Shown piece after piece: positions 24,201 to 39,200 of a DNA stretch of 64,000 bases. How positions within the stretch are numbered: position 1 is the stretch's first letter; every line of letters starts with the position of its first letter. The translations under genes were made by a program, and so were the position numbers. Source of the DNA: Glaucostegus cemiculus (taxonomy: Eukaryota); the NCBI GenBank assembly GCA_976551045.1, contig CDPCPM010000375.1:868001-932000 (forward strand), given 5' to 3'. The notes under the pieces were generated by a model. The model did not search any database, was not told where the DNA came from, and was given only the letters and a program-made list of their open reading frames with translations.

Positions 24201-27200
24201 TACCAGGAATTATTTGGTTTTCTTTACAAATGGGCCTCAGGGGAGAATTAATTCAAGTCTACCTAATCATTGTTGCATTAGGATCTCAATCCGCAGCTGG
24301 CATCTTCCTCACTACAGACAGATTTTAAGGAACTGGCAGAAGGAATAGACGGGAACTACAAGAAGATATTTCACCCACAGGGTGGACCTCGGTGCTTTGC
24401 AACGCAACAACTTAAAAGAAATGGTCCATGCCAACACAATCCCACAACAACCTTCATATGTGACCACATATTCAGGTGAACTGGCTTAAGCCAGAAGGTT
24501 GCAGACTGAAAACTGGAACAAGCAAAATACAGCCAACTGCTTCTTTGGCATGTCCACGATGGCCTGAGAGGCCTCCTTCTAGCACCTGAATTTCTACCAT
24601 TCTGCAAGTCTCCAATCTAAAACAGCACCACGAAGATCCCACATCACAGGTACATTCTATTCCTTTACTTGTATTGTCAGGCATCACGGTACTGGCTGTA
24701 GTTGAGATGCTTATTGTGGGTGGTGTTCCACAAACCTCTGCAGAAATAAGATAGTCCAGACTCAGGACAATTTAACTTTTATACCATAAACACATCGCGT
24801 CACACTTGCAGCCTACCGAAGCATGCAAAACCAAAAGAGAACCACAGTTTTACAGGAGAAATACCAACCTCCTGAACTAAAACCAATGCCGGCGTGGGCA
24901 TTGTCTACATTTAAGAAATACAGTCAAAGGAGCCACCACATATTTCACACCAACCTCCACAACATCCTACGTGCAAGGAAATGTCATCCACAGCAACATC
25001 ACTCCGGTAGTCATTGCCCCGGACTGCTTCAAGGAGGATCTGTCAGAGAAAGCATTACAATATCAGCAGGCAACAGCCTCAAATAGCATCATTTTAGCAT
25101 CACCCTTTCAATTCACAGTGGCAAAGCAGAGGCACACACCAGCTCTCAACTCTTCACCAAACAAATCCAGAGAATACACACCTCAGTACCGTTTAAAATC
25201 TAACCACATTACTCAAGTTATTCTCGCACAGAGACACGGAAAAAGGTAGGTCGCTACACTCTGCTTTATTGTTTATTTTCTATGAATTCCATGATTTAAA
25301 AGGAACTCTCAACTAATATCCACGTAGCTTACCCGAGAGTCTCCAGAGAGGTCAAGGTCTACTTCTCCTTCCATCCATTGGTTTCCCTTATTTCCTGACT
25401 CAGACCACTTCAGGACTGATGCCCCGCTTTCAACCTGGTAAACATTCAAAGCCATGCTTCGAGCTACTCCATACATATGGTACCAGAATCGCATGCAATG
25501 AGCTCCTCTCTTCGCACATGGAGCACTGACCAAATGGGCTCGGTCTCCTGGTCGCCCGTCATTGCCTTCAATGTAGATGTAGGAACCACCTGCGCATACC
25601 AGAAGGTTTATTAGTCAGACAGAAATCAGCTGCACAGTGGCTAGACGTCAATCTCACATCACTGACCTGCAGTGGTGTGGTCAAAAGGCGGTCCTGTGTT
25701 ATATGAAGGTGTCGGCCCACTGATGCGTTTCCAGTCCAACGTATCGGTCTTGGATTGCGTCCACTGGCACAGGTCACCATCAAAGTTACAATCCCATGAA
25801 CAACCTGTGGGTTTCATAAAGGCACATCATTTGTCTGAATGCACTCAACAACAGCTAGAAATCATTCCATATCTGCAATACCATACTATTCAATAAAGGC
25901 ATTGAAAAGTGCGGCTCAGGAGTGTACTTTATGGGAGTTATTTGATCATTCTACACAACGACTCATCAGGACTAATTCTACAAATGAGGATGGGCTATTA
26001 ATCAACACGTGCAGGGAAAGGAAGACACGTGACATTCTCTCTCATGGCGAGGCTGGCTGCTACGACAGACAGCTGAAAGTATGCAATGAGATGACAGTGC
26101 CAGTCTTCAGAGACATTCCTTCTGCTGCTATAGACAGCTTGAAGTACTTCCTTCTTCTTGCACCAAATTCTGGAAGGACAAAAAACTCCACATTTTTAAA
26201 GCTACACTGACACTGAATTTTCCTTGAGGAGAAACAGTTGCCTGAGTAACTCTCATCCTCTCCCATCCCAACTGTTCTTCCCGACTGAGGCAATTCGGTA
26301 CCCCCTTTACCACTCTCTTTCATTACAGCCTGATGCGGTCACAGAAATGTCAATCAAAGATGGCAAACCTAGCTTGTAACAGCAATTGAAACACTAAGAC
26401 ATCTTGAAATCCAACTTTCATAAATGGACGATAAAATGCATTGAACGAAAAGGCATTTGCACAACGCTCTGCAAAGAAATTCAGCTACAGCTGATTAAGA
26501 CCGACAAGCTTATGTTTTCAAGTGAAAATGTGCTTTATCTATTAACTGGATTTCTCCACGTAACACATGCAGGAATAAAACACAGGAACAGAAGAAGATT
26601 TCAGACTTACTTTTATCAATGCAGCCACTCTGCTGCCTCCAATCTCCCAGAACAACATCAGCTGCTTCACAAGCTGAAGCATAAGACTCCAGCGTGTTGC
26701 ACATCTGAACTGAATCTCCGCCAGTCACGCAATGATCATAGACGCAGCTCTCAAAGTAGAGCTGAGGTGGGATATGCCAGTGGCACTCGTTAAATGGACC
26801 AGGGTTGGCCAAAATTATTTTGCAGTATCTCTCTGCCTCTTGGCTTGCTGCTGGATCGCACGGCGGTGGAACTGGAGCAGTTTGATTACACCTGTGCAAC
26901 AGAAACAATCTCTCACTTTTCTCAAATCAAAACTGTCTATCATCCCATTCAATCCCCTTCAAAGCGGGGATGGCTTGGCAGAAAAACCTAGCATGTCATC
27001 AAAATAGGCAGCAGTCAACATGATTCCATTACGCAACTGAAAAGACTGAAATGCATCCTGAAAACAACACTAGGAAAACCATTTCACTTCCTTCCTGTGT
27101 GCTGCTGTCATTCGAGAGAACAAGACACAAGGGTGGATTTGAATAGCTCCTTGAAATCTCTTCCTTGCCCCAACATTCCTTAACTTCAACCAACCTCCTC

Positions 27201-30200
27201 ACTTTGCGTGACTTCTCACTCTCATGTCTGGAGAAACCTTAGCATCTGCCTTCACGGAAATAAGAGACAGAAATACTCACAGCCAATCGTCATCAGTAAC
27301 CATCCAACTGTTTCCAAACTGATTTGAATCCAAAGCTAGAATTCCATCAGGTTTCAAGAAGTCATCCAACTGGTCATTGGTGTAGGTCCCGCATAAGCCA
27401 CACAGCTGTCCTTTGTATCTCTCATCCACAGTCACAACCAGTTGATGGTCTCCGTCAAACTTCACCTGAAGACCAAAGTTGGTCTGCAGCACCACATACG
27501 ATCCTACCAGTGACAGTCTTACCGAAGAACTGGCTCGCACTGGGAGCTCAACCCTCACTCCGTCAACCTGAGCAAAGCATTAGCGAGTTAGCCACTGTAA
27601 AATCACAAACAACCCAGCTATCGCTCTACGTCATTTCAAGGCTGAAAATTAGACTCATCAGAGTATATCTTACTCACATAAACGTGCTTGTTTTTCCGCA
27701 CTGCAATGTGAAGCTTCTCCAGATGCACGCTAACCGAATTAAGGACAGTCCATCTTGGACTACCTCTGTGCTCGTTTCGACTCGTCACAGAAAATCGAAC
27801 AGATGTGTTTCCACAAGTCTCAGTCACCGTATAATTGCAAGCACCCTGGAAGTGGTACAGCTTCCCATCAAACGTCGTATAGTGCGGGTCACCGTAGACG
27901 TGGCAAATGGCAGTGTCCGCGCTGTAACATCCCAAATTGCCGCCCTGCACTTTGCAAATTTCCCCCGCTCCACAAGATCCTGCTTCGCACTCTATTCGGT
28001 CATTCCCAGTGCAGCGGCACCTCTCTCGACAGCCGTCTTCCCAGAACATTGCACCTTTCTGACACACGGACAGCAAGCATTAGTTTCAAAATTGCTGCAT
28101 GCTCTGAAAGGAAGCAGAACCCTGCTCCCATACAAACCAAAGCCCACCTCAAACACTCCCAACTGACCTCGTAGTATTTGTCCTTGTGCATGCAGCCACA
28201 GTTCTCCACAGGCACACACGAGCTTCCACTCAGGACAAAGCCAACGTTACACTCACAGTCCTCCACACAAGGTTTACTGCAGTTAGCTGAAGCTAAACGG
28301 TCCGTGCAAGTGGCTGGACAAGCGCTGGCACATGCGTTGTAATGGCTGTTGGCTGGACACCTGACAGCTGAAAGCATACAAGCAGCAAAAACTTTGACAC
28401 TTCAACCAAAGAAACTTCACAGAAGGCAATTCTCTGACACAATGTCGTTCCATCCTCACATTGGCAAGTATTACACCAACTGCATTTGCACCTAACTCAT
28501 ACGTACCACAGAAACTGGAGTTCCTCCACGGCACGATGGTCACTCCTGCGCTTTGGCAGGCGTCTGCATAGATTTGCAGGGCATTACACAAAGCTCCTTG
28601 GTCTCCATCCAACAAGCACAGTTCAACGACACAACTTTCAAAGCTCCCGTGGGCGTTGATTACAGAGTGGCAGTTTACAAATGGCCCCTGCTGACTGGTG
28701 ATCAGACCACAGAAATCATTACTTTGGTAGCGCTCCTCCTCAGCCGGCTCACACACTTCTGGCTCGACCGGGTCACAACCTGGCTCGTCAGGTGGCACCT
28801 TCCAGCTATTTCCCAGCTCGTTGGAATCTTTAGCTTGCTCTCCGTCAGGTTTCATGTAATCGTCCTTTCTCATCCCATTGTAGTTACCGCACATACCGCA
28901 AGTCTGATTAAAGTACGTGCTCGGCACCTTCACTTCCACTGAATGATCAGTGTCGTAAGAAACCGACAGGCCAAAGTCAGTGGACAGGACCACGTATCTT
29001 CCGCTCCTACTCACACTCACGCCACCCTCAGCGAGCCGAACAGGTAAGGTCGCCCACACTTCATCCACCTGAGCACGAGAGCAAACACTGTATCAGGCAG
29101 CAATCTTCCTGCCACACCACGGCAACCATTCGCTCCCCGCACCATTCACGCTCCAGCAGCAATCCAAGCAACCGGCATTTCACCACTGTGCACGCCTAAT
29201 TAGACGAGGCGTCACATGTATGGACATTCAGATCCGTTCAGACCACTCGCTTCAGCTTGCCATGAAAACTGGCAATGCCACTTCAGCTCAACTCACTTCC
29301 AATGCACTGCATCATAAATTCTTAGTCACTCACATCTTCAACTGCAAACAAAAGGCTTTACCGAAGCAATGATTCCAAATAAGATGATTGGCAGAAAGGG
29401 CTGTACTTTAGCAGACTTAGACTTACAGTACAAGACTTACCAACACGCGGTGACGTTCCATCTTCACCAGCCAAACCCTGTGGCCGTGAACAGCAACCTG
29501 AACTCTCTGAACGTAAGAGACTTTAGCGTTGCCACGATTTTCATTCTTCGCTTCAATGTTGAAGGGTGCAAGGGAGGACGAATTTCCACACAGCTTGGCT
29601 ATGGTGTAGGTACAGCTACCCATAAAATGGAGCGTCGCTTTGTCAAACGTGTTGTAATGCGGATCGTTGTGCACTCTGCAGATACCATATGTATATGGGT
29701 AGCAACCAGGAACGCCGTTCACAACTCCACAGTGGGAATCTGGAGCACACGCTGAATCCCGGCACACCACTTTACTGCCTGCCGAAGGACAGCTACATTT
29801 TCTTGAGCAGGTATCATCTGTCCAGAATTCAGAGCCCACTGGGTAGTGCTTTCCTTCTGACCAGCAACCGCACTCATGTCTTGGCACACATCGGTCGTTG
29901 TACAAGACGTAACCACTGTCACATACACAGCCTTCCACGCATGGCTGCAAGCAGCTGGACGGAGCACCTGGACTCACGCAAGTAGCTGGGCAAGCTGAGC
30001 CACACTGCTCATAATGACTATTCGCTCCACATTGTAGGGCTGTGAACGGAATCCACAAGGTTACACGTTACTTTCATCCGCAATTCCTTCCGCAGACACG
30101 CAACTCAAAACTCATCGCTCAATCTCTTCTGGTTGCTCTCTATCTCCACTAAGTGTTTCATTGAATGATCTAGCAGTGTACTCTCAAGCACTTACGGCAA

Positions 30201-33200
30201 AAGCTCTCATTCCTCCAGGCTTCCACTCTCGCTCCCTCGGACTGGCATGCATCTCCATAGGACTCCAAACTACTGCACAGAGACTCCGGCTCCACGCCTA
30301 ACGCACAAAGGTCGTACACGCAGTCACCAAAATAGACTTCCGGATCGACCTTGGAATGGCACTCTTTGAAAGGACCCTGTGCATCCGTTATTATTCCACA
30401 GTAATATTTACTTTCTATCATGTGCCTTTCATCCTTCGTGCAATTTGGTCTGATGCCCACGTCAGGAGTACACCTGCAAAAGCAGCAGCATGCCAAATGA
30501 GAAATACTTCAAGCTATATCAAATCTCTGCAAGCAAATGATGGAAATTACAAATAGCACACTTTTCAAAGGAACGGAAATATTACCAACAGCTTGGTTAC
30601 AAGTGTACCTTGTGTCATTGTTAGACTGCCAACTGTTGCCCAAGCTGACCGAATCAGGCTCCATTATTCCATCCGGGTTCAGGAAATCATCTCCTCTGTC
30701 TCCATTATAGTTTCCACACATGCCACACACCTTGCCTTTGAAGAGACTAGGGAGAGTCACCTCAGCTCGATGCCTGCCATTGAACTTCACTCCCAATCCA
30801 AAACTGGTGGTAATGACGACATACTGCCCAGTCAGAGCCACCGCAACGTCTGAGCTGACTGACACAGGGAGCACTGCCACTTCCCCATCAACCTGCAAAC
30901 ATACGGATCACTCGTCAATTCACTCTTCTGCCATCACACACTTCAATACACCTCATCAAGACACTTACCGCATCAAAGTCTTACCTTTACCACACGCCCC
31001 TTTCCTAGCGTGATTCTGTGATTGTAAACATCAACGTTGACTTGTCTGACGTAAGACACGTAGGGATTTCCTGACCTGTGCTCATTTGCAGCTTCAACAT
31101 TGAAAGAGGGCAGACCGCTGCTGCTGCTGCACAGCTTTGATAAGGTATATGTGCATGTTCCCATAAAGTCGTGAGCTTGCTTATCAAAGGTCATGTAGTG
31201 CGGATCTCCTTGCACTGTGCAGGACGATTCTAAATGCAGTAAAACAAAGATCAATTGGTCGAATGTCAGTAAAACACATACAGGCCACTTACAACACTAC
31301 CAGGAATTATTTGGTTTTCTTTACAAATGGGCCTCAGGGGAGAATTAATTCAAGTCTACCTAATCATTGTTGCATTAGGATCTCAATCCGCAGCTGGCAT
31401 CTTCCTCACTACAGACAGATTTTAAGGAACTGGCAGAAGGAATAGACGGGAACTACAAGAAGATATTTCACCCACAGGGTGGACCTCGGTGCTTTGCAAC
31501 GCAACAACTTAAAAGAAATGGTCCATGCCAACACAATCCCACAACAACCTTCATATGTGACCACATATTCAGGTGAACTGGCTTAAGCCAGAAGGTTGCA
31601 GACTGAAAACTGGAACAAGCAAAATACAGCCAACTGCTTCTTTGGCATGTCCACGATGGCCTGAGAGGCCTCCTTCTAGCACCTGAATTTCTACCATTCT
31701 GCAAGTCTCCAATCTAAAACAGCACCACGAAGATCCCACATCACAGGTACATTCTATTCCTTTACTTGTATTGTCAGGCATCACGGTACTGGCTGTAGTT
31801 GAGATGCTTATTGTGGGTGGTGTTCCACAAACCTCTGCAGAAATAAGATAGTCCAGACTCAGGACAATTTAACTTTTATACCATAAACACATCGCGTCAC
31901 ACTTGCAGCCTACCGAAGCATGCAAAACCAAAAGAGAACCACAGTTTTACAGGAGAAATACCAACCTCCTGAACTAAAACCAATGCCGGCGTGGGCATTG
32001 TCTACATTTAAGAAATACAGTCAAAGGAGCCACCACATATTTCACACCAACCTCCACAACATCCTACGTGCAAGGAAATGTCATCCACAGCAACATCACT
32101 CCGGTAGTCATTGCCCCGGACTGCTTCAAGGAGGATCTGTCAGAGAAAGCATTACAATATCAGCAGGCAACAGCCTCAAATAGCATCATTTTAGCATCAC
32201 CCTTTCAATTCACAGTGGCAAAGCAGAGGCACACACCAGCTCTCAACTCTTCACCAAACAAATCCAGAGAATACACACCTCAGTACCGTTTAAAATCTAA
32301 CCACATTACTCAAGTTATTCTCGCACAGAGACACGGAAAAAGGTAGGTCGCTACACTCTGCTTTATTGTTTATTTTCTATGAATTCCATGATTTAAAAGG
32401 AACTCTCAACTAATATCCACGTAGCTTACCCGAGAGTCTCCAGAGAGGTCAAGGTCTACTTCTCCTTCCATCCATTGGTTTCCCTTATTTCCTGACTCAG
32501 ACCACTTCAGGACTGATGCCCCGCTTTCAACCTGGTAAACATTCAAAGCCATGCTTCGAGCTACTCCATACATATGGTACCAGAATCGCATGCAATGAGC
32601 TCCTCTCTTCGCACATGGAGCACTGACCAAATGGGCTCGGTCTCCTGGTCGCCCGTCATTGCCTTCAATGTAGATGTAGGAACCACCTGCGCATACCAGA
32701 AGGTTTATTAGTCAGACAGAAATCAGCTGCACAGTGGCTAGACGTCAATCTCACATCACTGACCTGCAGTGGTGTGGTCAAAAGGCGGTCCTGTGTTATA
32801 TGAAGGTGTCGGCCCACTGATGCGTTTCCAGTCCAACGTATCGGTCTTGGATTGCGTCCACTGGCACAGGTCACCATCAAAGTTACAATCCCATGAACAA
32901 CCTGTGGGTTTCATAAAGGCACATCATTTGTCTGAATGCACTCAACAACAGCTAGAAATCATTCCATATCTGCAATACCATACTATTCAATAAAGGCATT
33001 GAAAAGTGCGGCTCAGGAGTGTACTTTATGGGAGTTATTTGATCATTCTACACAACGACTCATCAGGACTAATTCTACAAATGAGGATGGGCTATTAATC
33101 AACACGTGCAGGGAAAGGAAGACACGTGACATTCTCTCTCATGGCGAGGCTGGCTGCTACGACAGACAGCTGAAAGTATGCAATGAGATGACAGTGCCAG

Positions 33201-36200
33201 TCTTCAGAGACATTCCTTCTGCTGCTATAGACAGCTTGAAGTACTTCCTTCTTCTTGCACCAAATTCTGGAAGGACAAAAAACTCCACATTTTTAAAGCT
33301 ACACTGACACTGAATTTTCCTTGAGGAGAAACAGTTGCCTGAGTAACTCTCATCCTCTCCCATCCCAACTGTTCTTCCCGACTGAGGCAATTCGGTACCC
33401 CCTTTACCACTCTCTTTCATTACAGCCTGATGCGGTCACAGAAATGTCAATCAAAGATGGCAAACCTAGCTTGTAACAGCAATTGAAACACTAAGACATC
33501 TTGAAATCCAACTTTCATAAATGGACGATAAAATGCATTGAACGAAAAGGCATTTGCACAACGCTCTGCAAAGAAATTCAGCTACAGCTGATTAAGACCG
33601 ACAAGCTTATGTTTTCAAGTGGAAATGTGCTTTATCTATTAACTGGATTTCTCCACGTAACACATGCAGGAATAAAACACAGGAACAGAAGAAGATTTCA
33701 GACTTACTTTTATCAATGCAGCCACTCTGCTGCCTCCAATCTCCCAGAACAACATCAGCTGCTTCACAAGCTGAAGCATAAGACTCCAGCGTGTTGCACA
33801 TCTGAACTGAATCTCCGCCAGTCACGCAATGATCATAGACGCAGCTCTCAAAGTAGAGCTGAGGTGGGATATGCCAGTGGCACTCGTTAAATGGACCAGG
33901 GTTGGCCAAAATTATTTTGCAGTATCTCTCTGCCTCTTGGCTTGCTGCTGGATCGCACGGCGGTGGAACTGGAGCAGTTTGATTACACCTGTGCAACAGA
34001 AACAATCTCTCACTTTTCTCAAATCAAAACTGTCTATCATCCCATTCAATCCCCTTCAAAGCGGGGATGGCTTGGCAGAAAAACCTAGCATGTCATCAAA
34101 ATAGGCAGCAGTCAACATGATTCCATTACGCAACTGAAAAGACTGAAATGCATCCTGAAAACAACACTAGGAAAACCATTTCACTTCCTTCCTGTGTGCT
34201 GCTGTCATTCGAGAGAACAAGACACAAGGGTGGATTTGAATAGCTCCTTGAAATCTCTTCCTTGCCCCAACATTCCTTAACTTCAACCAACCTCCTCACT
34301 TTGCGTGACTTCTCACTCTCATGTCTGGAGAAACCTTAGCATCTGCCTTCACGGAAATAAGAGACAGAAATACTCACAGCCAATCGTCATCAGTAACCAT
34401 CCAACTGTTTCCAAACTGATTTGAATCCAAAGCTAGAATTCCATCAGGTTTCAAGAAGTCATCCAACTGGTCATTGGTGTAGGTCCCGCATAAGCCACAC
34501 AGCTGTCCTTTGTATCTCTCATCCACAGTCACAACCAGTTGATGGTCTCCGTCAAACTTCACCTGAAGACCAAAGTTGGTCTGCAGCACCACATACGATC
34601 CTACCAGTGACAGTCTTACCGAAGAACTGGCTCGCACTGGGAGCTCAACCCTCACTCCGTCAACCTGAGCAAAGCATTAGCGAGTTAGCCACTGTAAAAT
34701 CACAAACAACCCAGCTATCGCTCTACGTCATTTCAAGGCTGAAAATTAGACTCATCAGAGTATATCTTACTCACATAAACGTGCTTGTTTTTCCGCACTG
34801 CAATGTGAAGCTTCTCCAGATGCACGCTAACCGAATTAAGGACAGTCCATCTTGGACTACCTCTGTGCTCGTTTCGACTCGTCACAGAAAATCGAACAGA
34901 TGTGTTTCCACAAGTCTCAGTCACCGTATAATTGCAAGCACCCTGGAAGTGGTACAGCTTCCCATCAAACGTCGTATAGTGCGGGTCACCGTAGACGTGG
35001 CAAATGGCAGTGTCCGCGCTGTAACATCCCAAATTGCCGCCCTGCACTTTGCAAATTTCCCCCGCTCCACAAGATCCTGCTTCGCACTCTATTCGGTCAT
35101 TCCCAGTGCAGCGGCACCTCTCTCGACAGCCGTCTTCCCAGAACATTGCACCTTTCTGACACACGGACAGCAAGCATTAGTTTCAAAATTGCTGCATGCT
35201 CTGAAAGGAAGCAGAACCCTGCTCCCATACAAACCAAAGCCCACCTCAAACACTCCCAACTGACCTCGTAGTATTTGTCCTTGTGCATGCAGCCACAGTT
35301 CTCCACAGGCACACACGAGCTTCCACTCAGGACAAAGCCAACGTTACACTCACAGTCCTCCACACAAGGTTTACTGCAGTTAGCTGAAGCTAAACGGTCC
35401 GTGCAAGTGGCTGGACAAGCGCTGGCACATGCGTTGTAATGGCTGTTGGCTGGACACCTGACAGCTGAAAGCATACAAGCAGCAAAAACTTTGACACTTC
35501 AACCAAAGAAACTTCACAGAAGGCAATTCTCTGACACAATGTCGTTCCATCCTCACATTGGCAAGTATTACACCAACTGCATTTGCACCTAACTCATACG
35601 TACCACAGAAACTGGAGTTCCTCCACGGCACGATGGTCACTCCTGCGCTTTGGCAGGCGTCTGCATAGATTTGCAGGGCATTACACAAAGCTCCTTGGTC
35701 TCCATCCAACAAGCACAGTTCAACGACACAACTTTCAAAGCTCCCGTGGGCGTTGATTACAGAGTGGCAGTTTACAAATGGCCCCTGCTGACTGGTGATC
35801 AGACCACAGAAATCATTACTTTGGTAGCGCTCCTCCTCAGCCGGCTCACACACTTCTGGCTCGACCGGGTCACAACCTGGCTCGTCAGGTGGCACCTTCC
35901 AGCTATTTCCCAGCTCGTTGGAATCTTTAGCTTGCTCTCCGTCAGGTTTCATGTAATCGTCCTTTCTCATCCCATTGTAGTTACCGCACATACCGCAAGT
36001 CTGATTAAAGTACGTGCTCGGCACCTTCACTTCCACTGAATGATCAGTGTCGTAAGAAACCGACAGGCCAAAGTCAGTGGACAGGACCACGTATCTTCCG
36101 CTCCTACTCACACTCACGCCACCCTCAGCGAGCCGAACAGGTAAGGTCGCCCACACTTCATCCACCTGAGCACGAGAGCAAACACTGTATCAGGCAGCAA

Positions 36201-39200
36201 TCTTCCTGCCACACCACGGCAACCATTCGCTCCCCGCACCATTCACGCTCCAGCAGCAATCCAAGCAACCGGCATTTCACCACTGTGCACGCCTAATTAG
36301 ACGAGGCGTCACATGTATGGACATTCAGATCCGTTCAGACCACTCGCTTCAGCTTGCCATGAAAACTGGCAATGCCACTTCAGCTCAACTCACTTCCAAT
36401 GCACTGCATCATAAATTCTTAGTCACTCACATCTTCAACTGCAAACAAAAGGCTTTACCGAAGCAATGATTCCAAATAAGATGATTGGCAGAAAGGGCTG
36501 TACTTTAGCAGACTTAGACTTACAGTACAAGACTTACCAACACGCGGTGACGTTCCATCTTCACCAGCCAAACCCTGTGGCCGTGAACAGCAACCTGAAC
36601 TCTCTGAACGTAAGAGACTTTAGCGTTGCCACGATTTTCATTCTTCGCTTCAATGTTGAAGGGTGCAAGGGAGGACGAATTTCCACACAGCTTGGCTATG
36701 GTGTAGGTACAGCTACCCATAAAATGGAGCGTCGCTTTGTCAAACGTGTTGTAATGCGGATCGTTGTGCACTCTGCAGATACCATATGTATATGGGTAGC
36801 AACCAGGAACGCCGTTCACAACTCCACAGTGGGAATCTGGAGCACACGCTGAATCCCGGCACACCACTTTACTGCCTGCCGAAGGACAGCTACATTTTCT
36901 TGAGCAGGTATCATCTGTCCAGAATTCAGAGCCCACTGGGTAGTGCTTTCCTTCTGACCAGCAACCGCACTCATGTCTTGGCACACATCGGTCGTTGTAC
37001 AAGACGTAACCACTGTCACATACACAGCCTTCCACGCATGGCTGCAAGCAGCTGGACGGAGCACCTGGACTCACGCAAGTAGCTGGGCAAGCTGAGCCAC
37101 ACTGCTCATAATGACTATTCGCTCCACATTGTAGGGCTGTGAACGGAATCCACAAGGTTACACGTTACTTTCATCCGCAATTCCTTCCGCAGACACGCAA
37201 CTCAAAACTCATCGCTCAATCTCTTCTGGTTGCTCTCTATCTCCACTAAGTGTTTCATTGAATGATCTAGCAGTGTACTCTCAAGCACTTACGGCAAAAG
37301 CTCTCATTCCTCCAGGCTTCCACTCTCGCTCCCTCGGACTGGCATGCATCTCCATAGGACTCCAAACTACTGCACAGAGACTCCGGCTCCACGCCTAACG
37401 CACAAAGGTCGTACACGCAGTCACCAAAATAGACTTCCGGATCGACCTTGGAATGGCACTCTTTGAAAGGACCCTGTGCATCCGTTATTATTCCACAGTA
37501 ATATTTACTTTCTATCATGTGCCTTTCATCCTTCGTGCAATTTGGTCTGATGCCCACGTCAGGAGTACACCTGCAAAAGCAGCAGCATGCCAAATGAGAA
37601 ATACTTCAAGCTATATCAAATCTCTGCAAGCAAATGATGGAAATTACAAATAGCACACTTTTCAAAGGAACGGAAATATTACCAACAGCTTGGTTACAAG
37701 TGTACCTTGTGTCATTGTTAGACTGCCAACTGTTGCCCAAGCTGACCGAATCAGGCTCCATTATTCCATCCGGGTTCAGGAAATCATCTCCTCTGTCTCC
37801 ATTATAGTTTCCACACATGCCACACACCTTGCCTTTGAAGAGACTAGGGAGAGTCACCTCAGCTCGATGCCTGCCATTGAACTTCACTCCCAATCCAAAA
37901 CTGGTGGTAATGACGACATACTGCCCAGTCAGAGCCACCGCAACGTCTGAGCTGACTGACACAGGGAGCACTGCCACTTCCCCATCAACCTGCAAACATA
38001 CGGATCACTCGTCAATTCACTCTTCTGCCATCACACACTTCAATACACCTCATCAAGACACTTACCGCATCAAAGTCTTACCTTTACCACACGCCCCTTT
38101 CCTAGCGTGATTCTGTGATTGTAAACATCAACGTTGACTTGTCTGACGTAAGACACGTAGGGATTTCCTGACCTGTGCTCATTTGCAGCTTCAACATTGA
38201 AAGAGGGCAGACCGCTGCTGCTGCTGCACAGCTTTGATAAGGTATATGTGCATGTTCCCATAAAGTCGTGAGCTTGCTTATCAAAGGTCATGTAGTGCGG
38301 ATCTCCTTGCACTGTGCAGGACGATTCTAAATGCAGTAAAACAAAGATCAATTGGTCGAATGTCAGTAAAACACATACAGGCCACTTACAACACTACCAG
38401 GAATTATTTGGTTTTCTTTACAAATGGGCCTCAGGGGAGAATTAATTCAAGTCTACCTAATCATTGTTGCATTAGGATCTCAATCCGCAGCTGGCATCTT
38501 CCTCACTACAGACAGATTTTAAGGAACTGGCAGAAGGAATAGACGGGAACTACAAGAAGATATTTCACCCACAGGGTGGACCTCGGTGCTTTGCAACGCA
38601 ACAACTTAAAAGAAATGGTCCATGCCAACACAATCCCACAACAACCTTCATATGTGACCACATATTCAGGTGAACTGGCTTAAGCCAGAAGGTTGCAGAC
38701 TGAAAACTGGAACAAGCAAAATACAGCCAACTGCTTCTTTGGCATGTCCACGATGGCCTGAGAGGCCTCCTTCTAGCACCTGAATTTCTACCATTCTGCA
38801 AGTCTCCAATCTAAAACAGCACCACGAAGATCCCACATCACAGGTACATTCTATTCCTTTACTTGTATTGTCAGGCATCACGGTACTGGCTGTAGTTGAG
38901 ATGCTTATTGTGGGTGGTGTTCCACAAACCTCTGCAGAAATAAGATAGTCCAGACTCAGGACAATTTAACTTTTATACCATAAACACATCGCGTCACACT
39001 TGCAGCCTACCGAAGCATGCAAAACCAAAAGAGAACCACAGTTTTACAGGAGAAATACCAACCTCCTGAACTAAAACCAATGCCGGCGTGGGCATTGTCT
39101 ACATTTAAGAAATACAGTCAAAGGAGCCACCACATATTTCACACCAACCTCCACAACATCCTACGTGCAAGGAAATGTCATCCACAGCAACATCACTCCG

